A model generated the notes under the pieces. That model saw only the letters and a program-made list of their open reading frames with translations. It was not told the origin of the DNA and made no database searches. From a virus: DNA of 47,256 nucleotides. A program made the position numbers and the translations under genes. Below are positions 9,504-19,542 of the stretch, in pieces. Location of the stretch: the IMG/VR virus record IMGVR_UViG_3300045988_140943; one strand, given 5' to 3'. Each line of letters begins with the position of its first letter. Within the stretch, counting starts at the first letter, position 1.

Positions 9504-9878
9504 ATGCGTGGTAATAAAATTGATAGACACAAGGTTATCATATTTGTTAGACGTTATGGCAAGCCTTTTTGCTTTTATCGATCTAAAAAAGATGATTATG
9601 GTGAACCCTCAGAAGATATTGAGAATATAAATATTCAAGGTGTATTCCATGAAGGAAGCATATACGTATCTCAAAATACGAATGATGGATCAAAAAGTAG
9701 AAGTAAACCCCAGCCACAAATTTTAGCGTTATTTGAGGATTCTATAGGTATAGTAAATGGGGATATTTTAAAATACAGAGGAAATACTTATAAAGTTACA
9801 GAACTTCAAGATTTGAATAATTGGGGTATAGCTTTAGATATTTCTTTGGAGTTGGTTGATAGTGGCACTAGATTTTAA
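9504..9878 (+). CDS. head closure or head-tail adaptor candidate
   Basis: ATG 9504 after GAGGTG; KKDDYGEPSE...ILKYRGNTYKVTELQD pattern typical of head-closure proteins. Confidence 0.5.
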   Translation: MRGNKIDRHKVIIFVRRYGKPFCFYRSKKDDYGEPSEDIENINIQGVFHEGSIYVSQNTNDGSKSRSKPQPQILALFEDSIGIVNGDILKYRGNTYKVTELQDLNNWGIALDISLELVDSGTRF

Positions 9879-10215
9879 TACAGATGATTTAGCTAAAGAA
9901 TTATTAGCTTATGCAAAAGGTTGCAAAGAAAAATTTGATTTGTATGTTAATACTTCTGCCCAGCAGATGGAAGCATATGCTAAGCAAAATAGACCTTGGA
10001 AAGATAGGTCAGCAAGAGCAAGGCAGGGCTTAAAAGGGTCGGCAACTGAAGAGAACAATGTTTATACCATAACTTTATCCCATAGTGTTTCTTATGGAGT
10101 CTTTCTTGAGTATGCACATGAAAAAAAATATGCAATTATAGACCCTACAATAAAGATCAAATCCCCTGAAATCATGGATGGATTTGAAAGTCTAATTGAG
10201 TCAAGTAAAATTTAG
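9856..10215 (+). CDS. HK97 gp10-like neck or tail-attachment protein
   Basis: NRPWKDRSARARQGLKG...SHSVSYGVFLEYAHE resembles the gp10-family pattern; start uncertain (TTG 9856 or GTG 9862). Confidence 0.5.
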   Translation: MIVALDFNTDDLAKELLAYAKGCKEKFDLYVNTSAQQMEAYAKQNRPWKDRSARARQGLKGSATEENNVYTITLSHSVSYGVFLEYAHEKKYAIIDPTIKIKSPEIMDGFESLIESSKI

Positions 10216-10223
10216 AGGTTAAC

Positions 10224-10613
10224 ATGGCAAGTACAAGACAAAAAGATATTTTTGATAAATTAAAAGAAAAAGGTTTTGAGGTGTATTTTCCTGGGCAGCA
10301 TATAGGAGATGTTAAATCTAAATATATTGTGGTAAGACAAGGTGTAACTGCTAAAGTTCCAGGCTTAAGCACAATGGTTAGATACTATGATGTTATGGTT
10401 TATGTTCCTGAAGTCAATGTTCCAAGTATATTGGAGTTTGCAGAGAAAGTACAAAAAGCAATGTTAGATTTAAGTCCAATGATAAAATTTAATAATGTAA
10501 TGCAAGCCCCTTATTTTGATGATACAATAAAGGGGTATATGTTGAGTATGGAATATATAAGCTATTTTAAGTTTGATAGTGATTTATTCCAGAGGTTAGA
10601 TTATAAGGAGTGA
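10224..10613 (+). CDS. tail completion or terminator-like protein
   Basis: 129 aa directly upstream of the tube gene; AGAGGT SD. Confidence 0.45.
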   Translation: MASTRQKDIFDKLKEKGFEVYFPGQHIGDVKSKYIVVRQGVTAKVPGLSTMVRYYDVMVYVPEVNVPSILEFAEKVQKAMLDLSPMIKFNNVMQAPYFDDTIKGYMLSMEYISYFKFDSDLFQRLDYKE

Positions 10614-10618
10614 TATTA

Positions 10619-11218
10619 ATGGCAGGTACAACTACAACTAAAAGGCCACATGAGATTCCTACGATTGATTGTGTGCTGGTTACCCTTTCCCCTCATGTTG
10701 GAGAAGAGGAAGATAAGACAGAATACGCAATTAACACAGCTTCTAAGATTCAGGTGGATATTCAGACGGAGACAACTGACGCTGTTAAGCTGATTATTAA
10801 AGGGGTTCTCAAAGCCCAGAAGCATAAGCAAGTTACAGTCACAGGAAATCAGATTACATTAACCGATAATGTATTTACTCCTGAAATCGTAAAAATGCTT
10901 CAGGGTGGTGTTATTGAATATAAGACTCCATCAGATGCTACAAGTGGAATCAAGAGTTATACTCCCCCGGTTGTTGGTTCCCAGAGAGAAGAGCTTCCAA
11001 TATTTGATCTTTATGCTTATTCGGCTATCTATAATGCAGCAGGCATTATTACAGGTTATGAGAAGATCACCTATCCTAATTGCCAAGGAAACCCAATTAG
11101 CATGACAAGTGAAGATAATGTATTTAGAGTAAATGAGTATGTGATTGACTCTGCTCCAAATACAGGGGAGGCCCCATATAAGATTGAATATATAGACAGC
11201 CTCCCAACGGTATCATAA
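10619..11218 (+). CDS. major tail (tube) protein
   Basis: About 200 aa, AAGGAG SD before ATG 10619, upstream of the chaperone and tape measure genes. Confidence 0.6.
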   Translation: MAGTTTTKRPHEIPTIDCVLVTLSPHVGEEEDKTEYAINTASKIQVDIQTETTDAVKLIIKGVLKAQKHKQVTVTGNQITLTDNVFTPEIVKMLQGGVIEYKTPSDATSGIKSYTPPVVGSQREELPIFDLYAYSAIYNAAGIITGYEKITYPNCQGNPISMTSEDNVFRVNEYVIDSAPNTGEAPYKIEYIDSLPTVS

Positions 11219-11243
11219 AATTAAATTGAAAGGTTGAATTGAA

Positions 11244-11678
11244 ATGAAAAAGGAAATACAGGTAACGTCTCTGACAAAACTTAAAGAATATTCGGCAGGA
11301 CAAGTTGTGGAACTTCCACCATTTGCCGAGGGTATGCCATTCATTGCAAGATTAAGAAGACCATCCCTTCTTGCTCTTTGCAAAAGTGGTAAAATTCCAA
11401 ATTCATTGCTGAGTACAGCAAATAGCTTATTTACAGGAAGACCCCCTGAAAAGAAAGCTGCAAAAGCAGATACCCAAATGAAAGAGTATTTTGAGGTATT
11501 TGACGCAATTTGTGAAGCAGCTTTTGTTGAGCCAACCTGGGATGAGCTTAAGCAAAATAACATACAGTTAACAGATGACCAATACACATATATTTTTAAC
11601 TATACCCAGAATGGAGTAAAGGCTTTAGAATCCTTTCGTATCGAGCAAACAAATCTTAGATCTGATAGCACAAAGTAA
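11244..11678 (+). CDS. tail assembly chaperone (XkdN/TAC-like)
   Basis: VELPPFAEGMPFIARLRRPSLLALCKSGKIPNSLL motif; position before the tape measure. Confidence 0.65.
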   Translation: MKKEIQVTSLTKLKEYSAGQVVELPPFAEGMPFIARLRRPSLLALCKSGKIPNSLLSTANSLFTGRPPEKKAAKADTQMKEYFEVFDAICEAAFVEPTWDELKQNNIQLTDDQYTYIFNYTQNGVKALESFRIEQTNLRSDSTK

Positions 11679-11679
11679 G

Positions 11680-11856
11680 ATGTTTAATAAAACGCCGGCT
11701 GAGTTGTTATTTATTGACGACGAATATACGGCGTTTTGTTTAAATCAAGCTTGTGCATATATTAGAGCAAAGATTGAACAAGATGAAGAAATGCCAACAT
11801 TTAAGGTTTCTTATTCAAGCTTTACTGCATTATACGAAAGCATTGAGGAAAGATAA
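11680..11856 (+). CDS. small protein at the gpT-equivalent position (58 aa)
   Basis: ATG one nucleotide after the chaperone stop; the ORF ends 14 nt before the TMP start; below the track's length cutoff. Confidence 0.45.
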   Translation: MFNKTPAELLFIDDEYTAFCLNQACAYIRAKIEQDEEMPTFKVSYSSFTALYESIEER

Positions 11857-11869
11857 GAGGTGAAGATGT

Positions 11870-14800
11870 TTGGCAGTTGATCTTGGTGCAGCTAAAGGTT
11901 CATTAACTTTAGATGCAAATAGTTTTTTTGATAGTTTAAATTCAGCGTTGAAAAGCTTAGATAATTTTAACGATGAAATTGAATCATCTAAAAAAGCTTC
12001 TGATAATTTGGAATCCGCTCTTGAAGGAGCAGGTAAATCTTTAGATAAAGACCTTACAAATAAAGCTGACAAAGCAGCTGATAGTGTTGATGATCTTGAG
12101 TGGAGCATAAGTGGTACTTCAGATACAGTTATAGATTTGGGACTATCAGCAAAGAACACGGGAAAATCAATTGATAATTTTGGAAAAGATTTAAGCGGTG
12201 CAGGTAAAGAGCTAGATGAAATAAATGATAAAGTAAAAGAATCTGAAGGCTCCTTAGGAGATCAGAAAGAAGCAGTTGATGAAAGCAAAGGAATTTTTGA
12301 AAAATTTACTGAAACATTAAAATCAGCCGGTGCTGCAGTAGGAACTGCAATTGGTAAGCTTTCTGGTATGATACCTAAGATCGGCAATTTAAACAAAAAG
12401 GTCAAAGATTCTGTTCCTCCACTTGATGAACAAAAAGATAAAGTAAAAGATAATACTTCAGCCTTTGAAAAGTTTATTGATAAGATTGAAGCCACTAGCA
12501 AAAAATTAACAGCTGTTGGTGAGAAAATTTCTGGTTTTGGATCTAAGCTAACAAAATTTGTATCTCTCCCTATTTCTGGTGTAGGTACATATGCTTTAAA
12601 ATCTGCAATAGATGTAGAAAGTGCTACAGCAAAAATTTCTACTTATTTTGGAGAAGTTGGAGATGCAGCAACTACTAATGGTAAATTGGTAGAAGAGGTA
12701 TTTGCAAAAAATGTTACAACTGACCTCGATGAAGTTGCAAATGCAATTATCATGGTTAGAAAGAATATGTCTAATCTATCTGACAAAGAGATGGCTGATA
12801 TAGCTTCCCAAGCAATTGTTCTTGAGAAAACGTTTGGCATTGATATGAATGAGACCTTAAGGGGCGTTAATTCATTGATGGTTAATTTTGGACTTTCTGC
12901 TCAAGAAGCAATGGATTATATTGTAACAGGTACTCAAAATGGTTTGGACAAAACAAATGAACTTGGAGATAATTTAGCCGAGTATGGCCAATTATGGTCC
13001 CAGGCTGGGTTCTCAGCTAAGGAAATGTTTTCAATACTTCAAAATGGTTTGGAATCTGGAGCTTATAATCTGGACAAAGTAAATGACTTTGTAAAAGAAT
13101 TTACAATCTCTCTCTCAGATGGAAGAATCGAAGAAAATTTATCGAATTTTTCAGACCAAACAAAATCTCTCTTTTATTCATATAAAGATGGTAAAAGCAC
13201 AGCACAAGACGTATTTAATTCTATCATTAATGATTTAAGCACAACTATGACGAAGCAAGAAGCATTAACCGTTGCTTCAAATACATGGTCTTCTTTAGGT
13301 GAAGATAATGCACTGGCAATAATTACTTCTTTAAATAATGTAAGTACTGCTTATGATGATGTTTCAGGAGCAGCACAAAATATGCAAGATATATCATCTT
13401 CTACTTCAAGTACAACAATTACAGAGATAAGAAATCAAATTAAAACTCTTTCTTCTTCAATAGGTGAACAATTGCTTCCTGTTTTAAAGAATGTACTTGA
13501 AGTGGTTAATGATTTTGCTAAGTGGTTTTCTAATTTAAGTCCGCAAGCTCAGAAGATGATAGTTATTATTGGAGGGATTGTTGCAGCAATAGGTCCATTG
13601 ATTACAGTCATAGGTAAAGTTATTTCTGTAGTTAAATTATTAAAAGCTGCTTTTGCTGTTGTGTCTGGTCCAATTGGTTTGATAGTAACTGCAATTGCTG
13701 CATTAGTAGCTGGATTCATTTATCTTTGGAATAATTGTGAAGGATTTAGAAATTTTTGGATATCTTTGTGGAATACAATTAAATCAGCTGTTTTAGGAAT
13801 TGCTGATTGGTTATCTGACGCTCTGATGTCCATTGTGGAATTCTTTACAAATATTTCTGATACAGTTTCTGAATATATTGATTCTGCCGTCGAGGATATA
13901 ACTACATTCTTTACTGAAACAATTCCAGAAGCTTTTGATGAATTTATAGATACAGTTTCTGAATGGTTAACTACGCTCGTAGAGACTGTGGCAGGATTCT
14001 TTGAAGATGTTGGAACTTGGGTTTATGACAATGTTTTAGAACCGATACTTTCCGTGGTAGTTTCTGTTGTAGAAAAGATAATTGAAATTATTGCAAAGAT
14101 TTGGGAGATAATTACAACTTTGTTTAGTGTTGCAGCTAGTTGGGTCTATGATAATGTACTTTCCCCGATTATTAATGCAATATCAAGTTTTGTTACTTCC
14201 GTTGTTAATTTCTTCAAAAATCTTTGGAATAGCATTGTATCGATATTTTCAACAGTATTTAATTGGTGGTTAGATAATATAGCTACTCCGGTAATTAATG
14301 GAGTCACGTCGTTTATAGAAAGTATCAAAACATTCTTCCAAGGACTCTGGGATGGAATCAAAAACATTTTCAGTTCTGTGGCTGGTTGGTTTAAAGATAT
14401 ATTTAAAGCAGCATATAATGCCATCAAGTCTGTTTTCAACCCTATCAAGAAATTCTTTCAAGGCATATGGGACGGTGTAAAGTCAATCTTTTCTAAGGCA
14501 GCTGAAACAGTTGCAAATGCTTTTTCTGATGTTTTTAAATCAGTTATTAATGGTGTGTTAGCAACAATTGAAAGCATAGTTAATTTCTTTGTTGATGGAA
14601 TAAATGGAGTCATTGATATTATCAATGGTATTCCTGGTGTAAGTATTGGAATGTTGGACAGATTAAGTCTGCCTCGTTTATCTGTAGGTCTTGACTATGT
14701 ACCTTATGATGGATATGCAGCGGTACTCCATAAGGGTGAAAGAGTTATGACTAAACAAGAGAATGAGGAGTATTCTGAAGGTGGAAATAGAAATATTCCT

Positions 14801-14902
14801 GGAGGAAATACATTTAATTTTTATTCTCCACAGCCAATTGATGAAAATACTGCAGCCAGAGAATTTAAGAAAGTACAACAAGAATTGGCTGAAGGATTCT
14901 AG
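11870..14902 (+). CDS. tail tape measure protein
   Basis: 1010 aa; TTG start after AGAGGTGAAG; central hydrophobic segments; repeated FFxxLWxxIxxIFS / WVYDNVL modules. Confidence 0.9.
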   Translation: MAVDLGAAKGSLTLDANSFFDSLNSALKSLDNFNDEIESSKKASDNLESALEGAGKSLDKDLTNKADKAADSVDDLEWSISGTSDTVIDLGLSAKNTGKSIDNFGKDLSGAGKELDEINDKVKESEGSLGDQKEAVDESKGIFEKFTETLKSAGAAVGTAIGKLSGMIPKIGNLNKKVKDSVPPLDEQKDKVKDNTSAFEKFIDKIEATSKKLTAVGEKISGFGSKLTKFVSLPISGVGTYALKSAIDVESATAKISTYFGEVGDAATTNGKLVEEVFAKNVTTDLDEVANAIIMVRKNMSNLSDKEMADIASQAIVLEKTFGIDMNETLRGVNSLMVNFGLSAQEAMDYIVTGTQNGLDKTNELGDNLAEYGQLWSQAGFSAKEMFSILQNGLESGAYNLDKVNDFVKEFTISLSDGRIEENLSNFSDQTKSLFYSYKDGKSTAQDVFNSIINDLSTTMTKQEALTVASNTWSSLGEDNALAIITSLNNVSTAYDDVSGAAQNMQDISSSTSSTTITEIRNQIKTLSSSIGEQLLPVLKNVLEVVNDFAKWFSNLSPQAQKMIVIIGGIVAAIGPLITVIGKVISVVKLLKAAFAVVSGPIGLIVTAIAALVAGFIYLWNNCEGFRNFWISLWNTIKSAVLGIADWLSDALMSIVEFFTNISDTVSEYIDSAVEDITTFFTETIPEAFDEFIDTVSEWLTTLVETVAGFFEDVGTWVYDNVLEPILSVVVSVVEKIIEIIAKIWEIITTLFSVAASWVYDNVLSPIINAISSFVTSVVNFFKNLWNSIVSIFSTVFNWWLDNIATPVINGVTSFIESIKTFFQGLWDGIKNIFSSVAGWFKDIFKAAYNAIKSVFNPIKKFFQGIWDGVKSIFSKAAETVANAFSDVFKSVINGVLATIESIVNFFVDGINGVIDIINGIPGVSIGMLDRLSLPRLSVGLDYVPYDGYAAVLHKGERVMTKQENEEYSEGGNRNIPGGNTFNFYSPQPIDENTAAREFKKVQQELAEGF

Positions 14903-14913
14903 GAGGTGATAAT

Positions 14914-15819
14914 GTGATTGGTGAAGCTGAGATATATAACTCAACAAAAGGAGTGACTTTATACTTTAATCAGTCAGATGCTGAATTTTTGATTGATGAT
15001 GGGGGTTTACAAGTAGAGGACTTGGAAAGTGCAATATTAAGTTATTCTATTTTTGATAGAATTGGAGAGAAGATAAATACAGTTCAAATGGATTCTGGTA
15101 GAACAATTACTATCACTGGTTGGGTTATTAATGTTCCAGAAAGTTCTTTGGAAGATAAGAAGGCTAAGTTATCAAGAATAATCAATCCTTTAGATGAACT
15201 GAAATTCACCTCCAAAGGTAGAAGTATCAACTGCAGAGCAAAAAAGGCTATTGAATTTGGTAGTAATTATAAAGACAATAACGATTTGATTTGTAAATTT
15301 AAGATTGAACTGTATTGTCCTTATCCTCTCTTTGAAGGAGAAGCTATTAGACTACAGTATACAAAGATACCTGCTTCTATAGCTTATCCATGTAATCAAT
15401 TCTTGGAATTTGATTCAGCAGGTTCTTCTTTAGATTCTTTTGTAAACCCTGGAGATGTTACAACTGGATTTGAGATGGGTTTTACAACTTCAACAGCTTC
15501 TTCAGGGATTGGAATTAGTAATACATATCTAACAGAAAATAATATCTTCAAAATTAAAACCTCTAAAAGTATATCTGGTCAATATACTTTAAATACTGAG
15601 TTAGATACAGACTCTTATGGGTTCTATTCCCACTCTTCTGGAAGCAAAGTTTTGGACTTAGAAGGTTTGGATTTAAGCAGCTCATTTTTTGGATTACGTC
15701 CAGGAACTAATAAAATTAAAATAACAGGCTCAAATTCAAGTGGAGGAATAGCCTCTAAATTCATAAGTTCGTTATCTATAACATTTACACCCAAATATTT
15801 TTCATTGGAGGGACAATAA
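14914..15819 (+). CDS. distal tail protein (Dit-like)
   Basis: GTG after AGGAGGTG; 301 aa immediately after the TMP. Confidence 0.6.
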   Translation: MIGEAEIYNSTKGVTLYFNQSDAEFLIDDGGLQVEDLESAILSYSIFDRIGEKINTVQMDSGRTITITGWVINVPESSLEDKKAKLSRIINPLDELKFTSKGRSINCRAKKAIEFGSNYKDNNDLICKFKIELYCPYPLFEGEAIRLQYTKIPASIAYPCNQFLEFDSAGSSLDSFVNPGDVTTGFEMGFTTSTASSGIGISNTYLTENNIFKIKTSKSISGQYTLNTELDTDSYGFYSHSSGSKVLDLEGLDLSSSFFGLRPGTNKIKITGSNSSGGIASKFISSLSITFTPKYFSLEGQ

Positions 15820-16961
15820 TGGATTTGATTGTATATAAGCAGGGAATCTCCCAAGTTACAGCAATTGGTATTTTAAGTGACTGTATATCATATACCTATG
15901 AAAAGCAGTTTAATGCTCCTGGAGATTTTACGATTACGCTCCCGTATTCTGATGAGTATTATAAGTTGGTATCTCGTGAAGATATGAGAGATAAGTTAAT
16001 ACAAATTGATGAACATTTTCTTGGAATCGTGTATAAAGTTCAGAAAGAGTTAAAATCTAATCAAAAAAGGATTGTTGTAAAGGGTAAAGCAGCAAGTAAC
16101 ATATATTCCCACTATATCAGACAATCCATAGTTGGAAGTTTAAATGTGGAGGTTTATCACGATAATGTGGAAATGGATATGGGTCACCTTATACAAGTTT
16201 CCCACTTGAATCAAGACCAACCAGGAAAAGTAATGGCAGAAAGTGTTCCGCTTGAGATAGTACATAATGTTAATACAAATAATATGTCAAAAGCAGCTTT
16301 GGCTACTTGTCCTGTAGAAGATGTAACTTACTTATCGTTCTTAGAAAACAGCACCGCTATTTTAGGTCTTGGTTTTGATATGACAATAAACTCAGATAAT
16401 AAGCTAGAATCAAAGTTAATATATCCAAAAACAAGAGACAATGTTATCTTGTCAACAGAGTTTGGAGATTTATATGACTCTAGTTATGTTGAAAATAGCA
16501 TGAACTACTATGCAAGTGTTGTTGCTGTAATGTTAAATAATGCAGCTGCAGGGGTAGTTTCTGCTTTCCTCTATCAAGATGGCATTGATAGGACAAAGAT
16601 AGATGCTTCGCAAAATAAGGTTTATCCTTTAACAATCGACGGAACGAATGTGTCAGGTCCACCAACAAAAGCGATGGACTATGTACAAGGTTTAGCAAAA
16701 GCTTTCTTGGCAAATCACCGCTTAGTATCTGTCTATGATTCAAATGTAAACTTGGCTAATTCTAAATTTGTTCTTGGCAAAGATTGTAATTTAGGAGATA
16801 CAATTCTTGTTCAGGATAAGAATTTAGGATTACAAACTTCTGCTGTATTCAGCTCATTTACTAAATCCCTTGACTCTTCGGGTGTAACAATTACCCCGAA
16901 ATTTGGGTTTGGGCAAATTTCATTGAGTAAATTATTAAATCGAAATGGGGTGACAAAATAA
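15819..16961 (+). CDS. tail-associated or baseplate hub protein (Tal / Sipho_Gp37-like)
   Basis: Start coupled by TAATG; 380 aa after Dit. Confidence 0.5.
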   Translation: MDLIVYKQGISQVTAIGILSDCISYTYEKQFNAPGDFTITLPYSDEYYKLVSREDMRDKLIQIDEHFLGIVYKVQKELKSNQKRIVVKGKAASNIYSHYIRQSIVGSLNVEVYHDNVEMDMGHLIQVSHLNQDQPGKVMAESVPLEIVHNVNTNNMSKAALATCPVEDVTYLSFLENSTAILGLGFDMTINSDNKLESKLIYPKTRDNVILSTEFGDLYDSSYVENSMNYYASVVAVMLNNAAAGVVSAFLYQDGIDRTKIDASQNKVYPLTIDGTNVSGPPTKAMDYVQGLAKAFLANHRLVSVYDSNVNLANSKFVLGKDCNLGDTILVQDKNLGLQTSAVFSSFTKSLDSSGVTITPKFGFGQISLSKLLNRNGVTK

Positions 16962-17641
16962 TGGAATATTCACCACGAATTTTATACACTCTTCCCCTGA
17001 CTGGAAAAGAGACTGATGTGTTGGTTTATGCGAAACAAGGAGATTATAACTCAAGATTTGTTAATGTACAGTTACAAAATTGGGATGGTGTGACAGTTCA
17101 AATTCCAGAACAAACAGATGCCTATGGTTTAACAGTTTCTGCTAGAGCTAAAGTTTCAACAGGCTATTCTTATCCTTGTACTTGTGAGGTACAATCTGGT
17201 CGAAGAACAATTAAAATTGGACTTCCTCGTCAAGCCCTTGCAAATCCAGGTTTAGTTATAATAGATGTAATACTAACAGAGGGTAGATTGGAAGGGGCTT
17301 CTTTCTTGTCTTCTTCAACATTTAAGGTTCGAGTGACTCCATCGGCTGAGACCACGGGAATGGAACCAAGAACCAAAATGCAGATGATACAGATGTCTAC
17401 TGCAGAATTTGAAGCGATGGTGGTTCATGATGCTAATACAGTCTACTATGTCATTGACTCAGAGGGGAATGTTAAACAATATCTTGGTGATGTTGAAATG
17501 GCAGCTAAAGGGGAAGGAGCTTCCCTTACTGTTGGTACAGCCTATGCTTGGTCGGAAGGTGTGGCTGTTACTCCAATTGTTGGTACAGCTAGTGAATCCA
17601 CTGACGAGGCAGAAACTACAGAAGGAGAGGTGACAGAATAA
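16961..17641 (+). CDS. BppU-like baseplate upper protein
   Basis: N-terminal DVLVYAKQGDYNSRFVNVQLQNWDG resembles the BppU N-domain signature. Confidence 0.55.
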   Translation: MEYSPRILYTLPLTGKETDVLVYAKQGDYNSRFVNVQLQNWDGVTVQIPEQTDAYGLTVSARAKVSTGYSYPCTCEVQSGRRTIKIGLPRQALANPGLVIIDVILTEGRLEGASFLSSSTFKVRVTPSAETTGMEPRTKMQMIQMSTAEFEAMVVHDANTVYYVIDSEGNVKQYLGDVEMAAKGEGASLTVGTAYAWSEGVAVTPIVGTASESTDEAETTEGEVTE

Positions 17642-18306
17642 TGGCAATAACATATACAACTTTGATGAGCAATGTTCAGGTAGGTTCAAAGGATGTTTAT
17701 AAGGTTGTAGCAGTATATAATGCAATTCTATCAGCTTATACTTGGGAAACAGGTTCGGAAGTTTATGATATTGATAACATAGCAGCGATATATGGAAAAT
17801 ACTACTTTACGGCAAATAGTTATATAAAAATCAGCAATTATGTACCGCATAATTATGGAGTAAAAATTGAAATTGTAACACCAAGTGGTACAAAAACAAT
17901 CAGTCTACGAGACCCATACTATATGTTTTCAATCGGTAAAACGTCAAAAGGCATTTGTATCTGTGCTTACTCTGGTGCAAATACTTCAAGAAATTCTCAG
18001 TTTTATAATCTATATGTTGGGGAAGTTACAAAGCTTGATGGCTCAACAGCGCAGGGTTGTATTTATGCAGCAGATGATGGCACGTTGACTATTGCAACAG
18101 ATAGTGGAATATCTGAAGAAAGTTCACAAAATTCTGTTATCTCAGCAGATAAAAAAGCGGTTTTAATTCCTGTTGTAAATACAACAACAGGGGATATTTT
18201 CGAAGGTGTATTTATTATGAGATATTCGCCACTACGGTATAATATTATGGACGTTGATGGGCAGGGTGGTTTCCTTTGTGGAAAAGCTCTTGCGTTGAAA
18301 GATTAA
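17641..18306 (+). CDS. receptor-binding or tail-tip protein candidate, paralog 1
   Basis: Shares blocks with the next gene: ILSAYTWE, YYFT.NSYIKI, GKT.KGICICAYSG, FYNLYVGE, GCIY.ADD, ATD.GISEE. Confidence 0.55.
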   Translation: MAITYTTLMSNVQVGSKDVYKVVAVYNAILSAYTWETGSEVYDIDNIAAIYGKYYFTANSYIKISNYVPHNYGVKIEIVTPSGTKTISLRDPYYMFSIGKTSKGICICAYSGANTSRNSQFYNLYVGEVTKLDGSTAQGCIYAADDGTLTIATDSGISEESSQNSVISADKKAVLIPVVNTTTGDIFEGVFIMRYSPLRYNIMDVDGQGGFLCGKALALKD

Positions 18307-18320
18307 GGGGGACGTGGAAA

Positions 18321-18992
18321 ATGATTGAACATACAACGCTATTAAAAGATGCCGCTCTTACAAACAGTAATTCAAATCCTAGTATTTTTATATCTGCGCT
18401 TAATACAATTCTGTCGGCTTATACGTGGGAAAGTAACTCGAGTGTTAACGAGACTTCAAGTCTTACGTCAACTTACGGTAACTATTATTTCACTGGCAAC
18501 AGTTACATTAAAATCGATTACTGTGCTAACAGTAAAAGCTATCTGGGAATAAACTTAATCACCCCGAATGGAACGAAGCGCGTTCAATTCGGGGTTAGTG
18601 GACATTGTACAATCTCAGTTGGAAAGACAGATAAAGGTATTTGTATATGTGCCTATTCGGGTTCAAGTGGCTCAAGAGAACCACACTTTTATAACCTTTA
18701 TGTTGGAGAAATCACATTGCTTGACGGAACGACAACAAAGGGTTGTATCTATGTTGCTGATGATAATTTGTATGTTGTCGCAACAGATAACGGAATATCG
18801 GAAGAAGCAACATTTAGTTCGATTATTGACGGTACACGCAAAGGATATTTGATACCAGTAACAGATAGCACATTTGGAGGAACATTTAAAGATATCTATA
18901 TGATGGCTTGTGCCCCCATTCAGTTTAACAAGATGAAAGTTGCTGATAAGAAATATCTCTGTGGAAAAGCTTTCTGTCTGGCAGATGAATAA
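18321..18992 (+). CDS. receptor-binding or tail-tip protein candidate, paralog 2
   Basis: ATG 18321 after AAGGGGGA (the track start at 18276 reads through the previous gene's end); same conserved blocks as paralog 1. Confidence 0.55.
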   Translation: MIEHTTLLKDAALTNSNSNPSIFISALNTILSAYTWESNSSVNETSSLTSTYGNYYFTGNSYIKIDYCANSKSYLGINLITPNGTKRVQFGVSGHCTISVGKTDKGICICAYSGSSGSREPHFYNLYVGEITLLDGTTTKGCIYVADDNLYVVATDNGISEEATFSSIIDGTRKGYLIPVTDSTFGGTFKDIYMMACAPIQFNKMKVADKKYLCGKAFCLADE

Positions 18993-19009
18993 TAAGGAGG
19001 TAAAATCTT

Positions 19010-19210
19010 ATGAAACAAAAATTTGCTAAGTTGATTGATGTTAAGTCAATTGTGACTCTGCTTCTTACAGTTGTTTTCTGCATTCTTTCTATTCGTAAAG
19101 ATATATCTTCAGAACAATATCTGACAATATTTACGACAATCATTGCTTTCTATTTTGGAACGCAATATTCAAAATCAAGGGAGGTAAAGAAAGATGAAGA
19201 TAACTCTTGA
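19010..19210 (+). CDS. holin-like small membrane protein (two TM segments, charged C-terminus)
   Basis: AAGGAGGT SD; IVTLLLTVVFCILSI and LTIFTTIIAFYFG; tail SKSREVKKDEDNS. Confidence 0.55.
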   Translation: MKQKFAKLIDVKSIVTLLLTVVFCILSIRKDISSEQYLTIFTTIIAFYFGTQYSKSREVKKDEDNS

Positions 19211-19295
19211 TGAAGGTTATAATGCCATGTGTGACTTCGTCTATCTTGGTTATGTAGGTGAAGTAAATGCACGTGAAATATCTGTACTGAATTGA
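19194..19295 (+). CDS. 33-aa ORF, unknown
   Basis: GGGAGGT SD 9 nt upstream; its stop overlaps the SD of the XkdX-like gene. Confidence 0.35.
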   Translation: MKITLDEGYNAMCDFVYLGYVGEVNAREISVLN

Positions 19296-19301
19296 GGTTA
19301 A

Positions 19302-19433
19302 ATGCCAAATTGTAGCTACGATAAAGGTCTTTACAAGATAAAGCAAATGAAAAATTTTGTTAAAGCTAAAGCAATCACTCCAGAGGAGTATAAAGAAATT
19401 ACAGGGGATCTGTATGATGATGATGAAAACTAA
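19302..19433 (+). CDS. XkdX-family small protein
   Basis: 43 aa with AITPEEYKEITGD, the XkdX-type C-terminal signature; below the track's cutoff. Confidence 0.6.
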   Translation: MPNCSYDKGLYKIKQMKNFVKAKAITPEEYKEITGDLYDDDEN

Positions 19434-19478
19434 AATTGGAATACTTTAACAATTAACATTTTGTTTATATTTATTTAA

Positions 19479-19506
19479 TTACAAGTTAAAATAATTATGA
19501 TAAAAT
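19479..19506 (+). promoter_or_regulatory. candidate promoter for the endolysin block (degenerate)
   Basis: TTACAA, 16 nt, TGaTAAAAT in the 109-nt AT-rich gap before 19543. Confidence 0.4.
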
Positions 19507-19542
19507 ATAATCAAATACAAATAAAGGAAGGATGGATATTTT

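Noticed and set aside
11640-11690. Programmed -1 frameshift joining the tail chaperone to the downstream small ORF (gpG/gpGT style)
   Set aside because: I found no convincing slippery heptamer near the chaperone 3' end. The downstream 58-codon ORF has its own ATG one nucleotide after the stop. I cannot exclude a frameshift, but nothing supports one.
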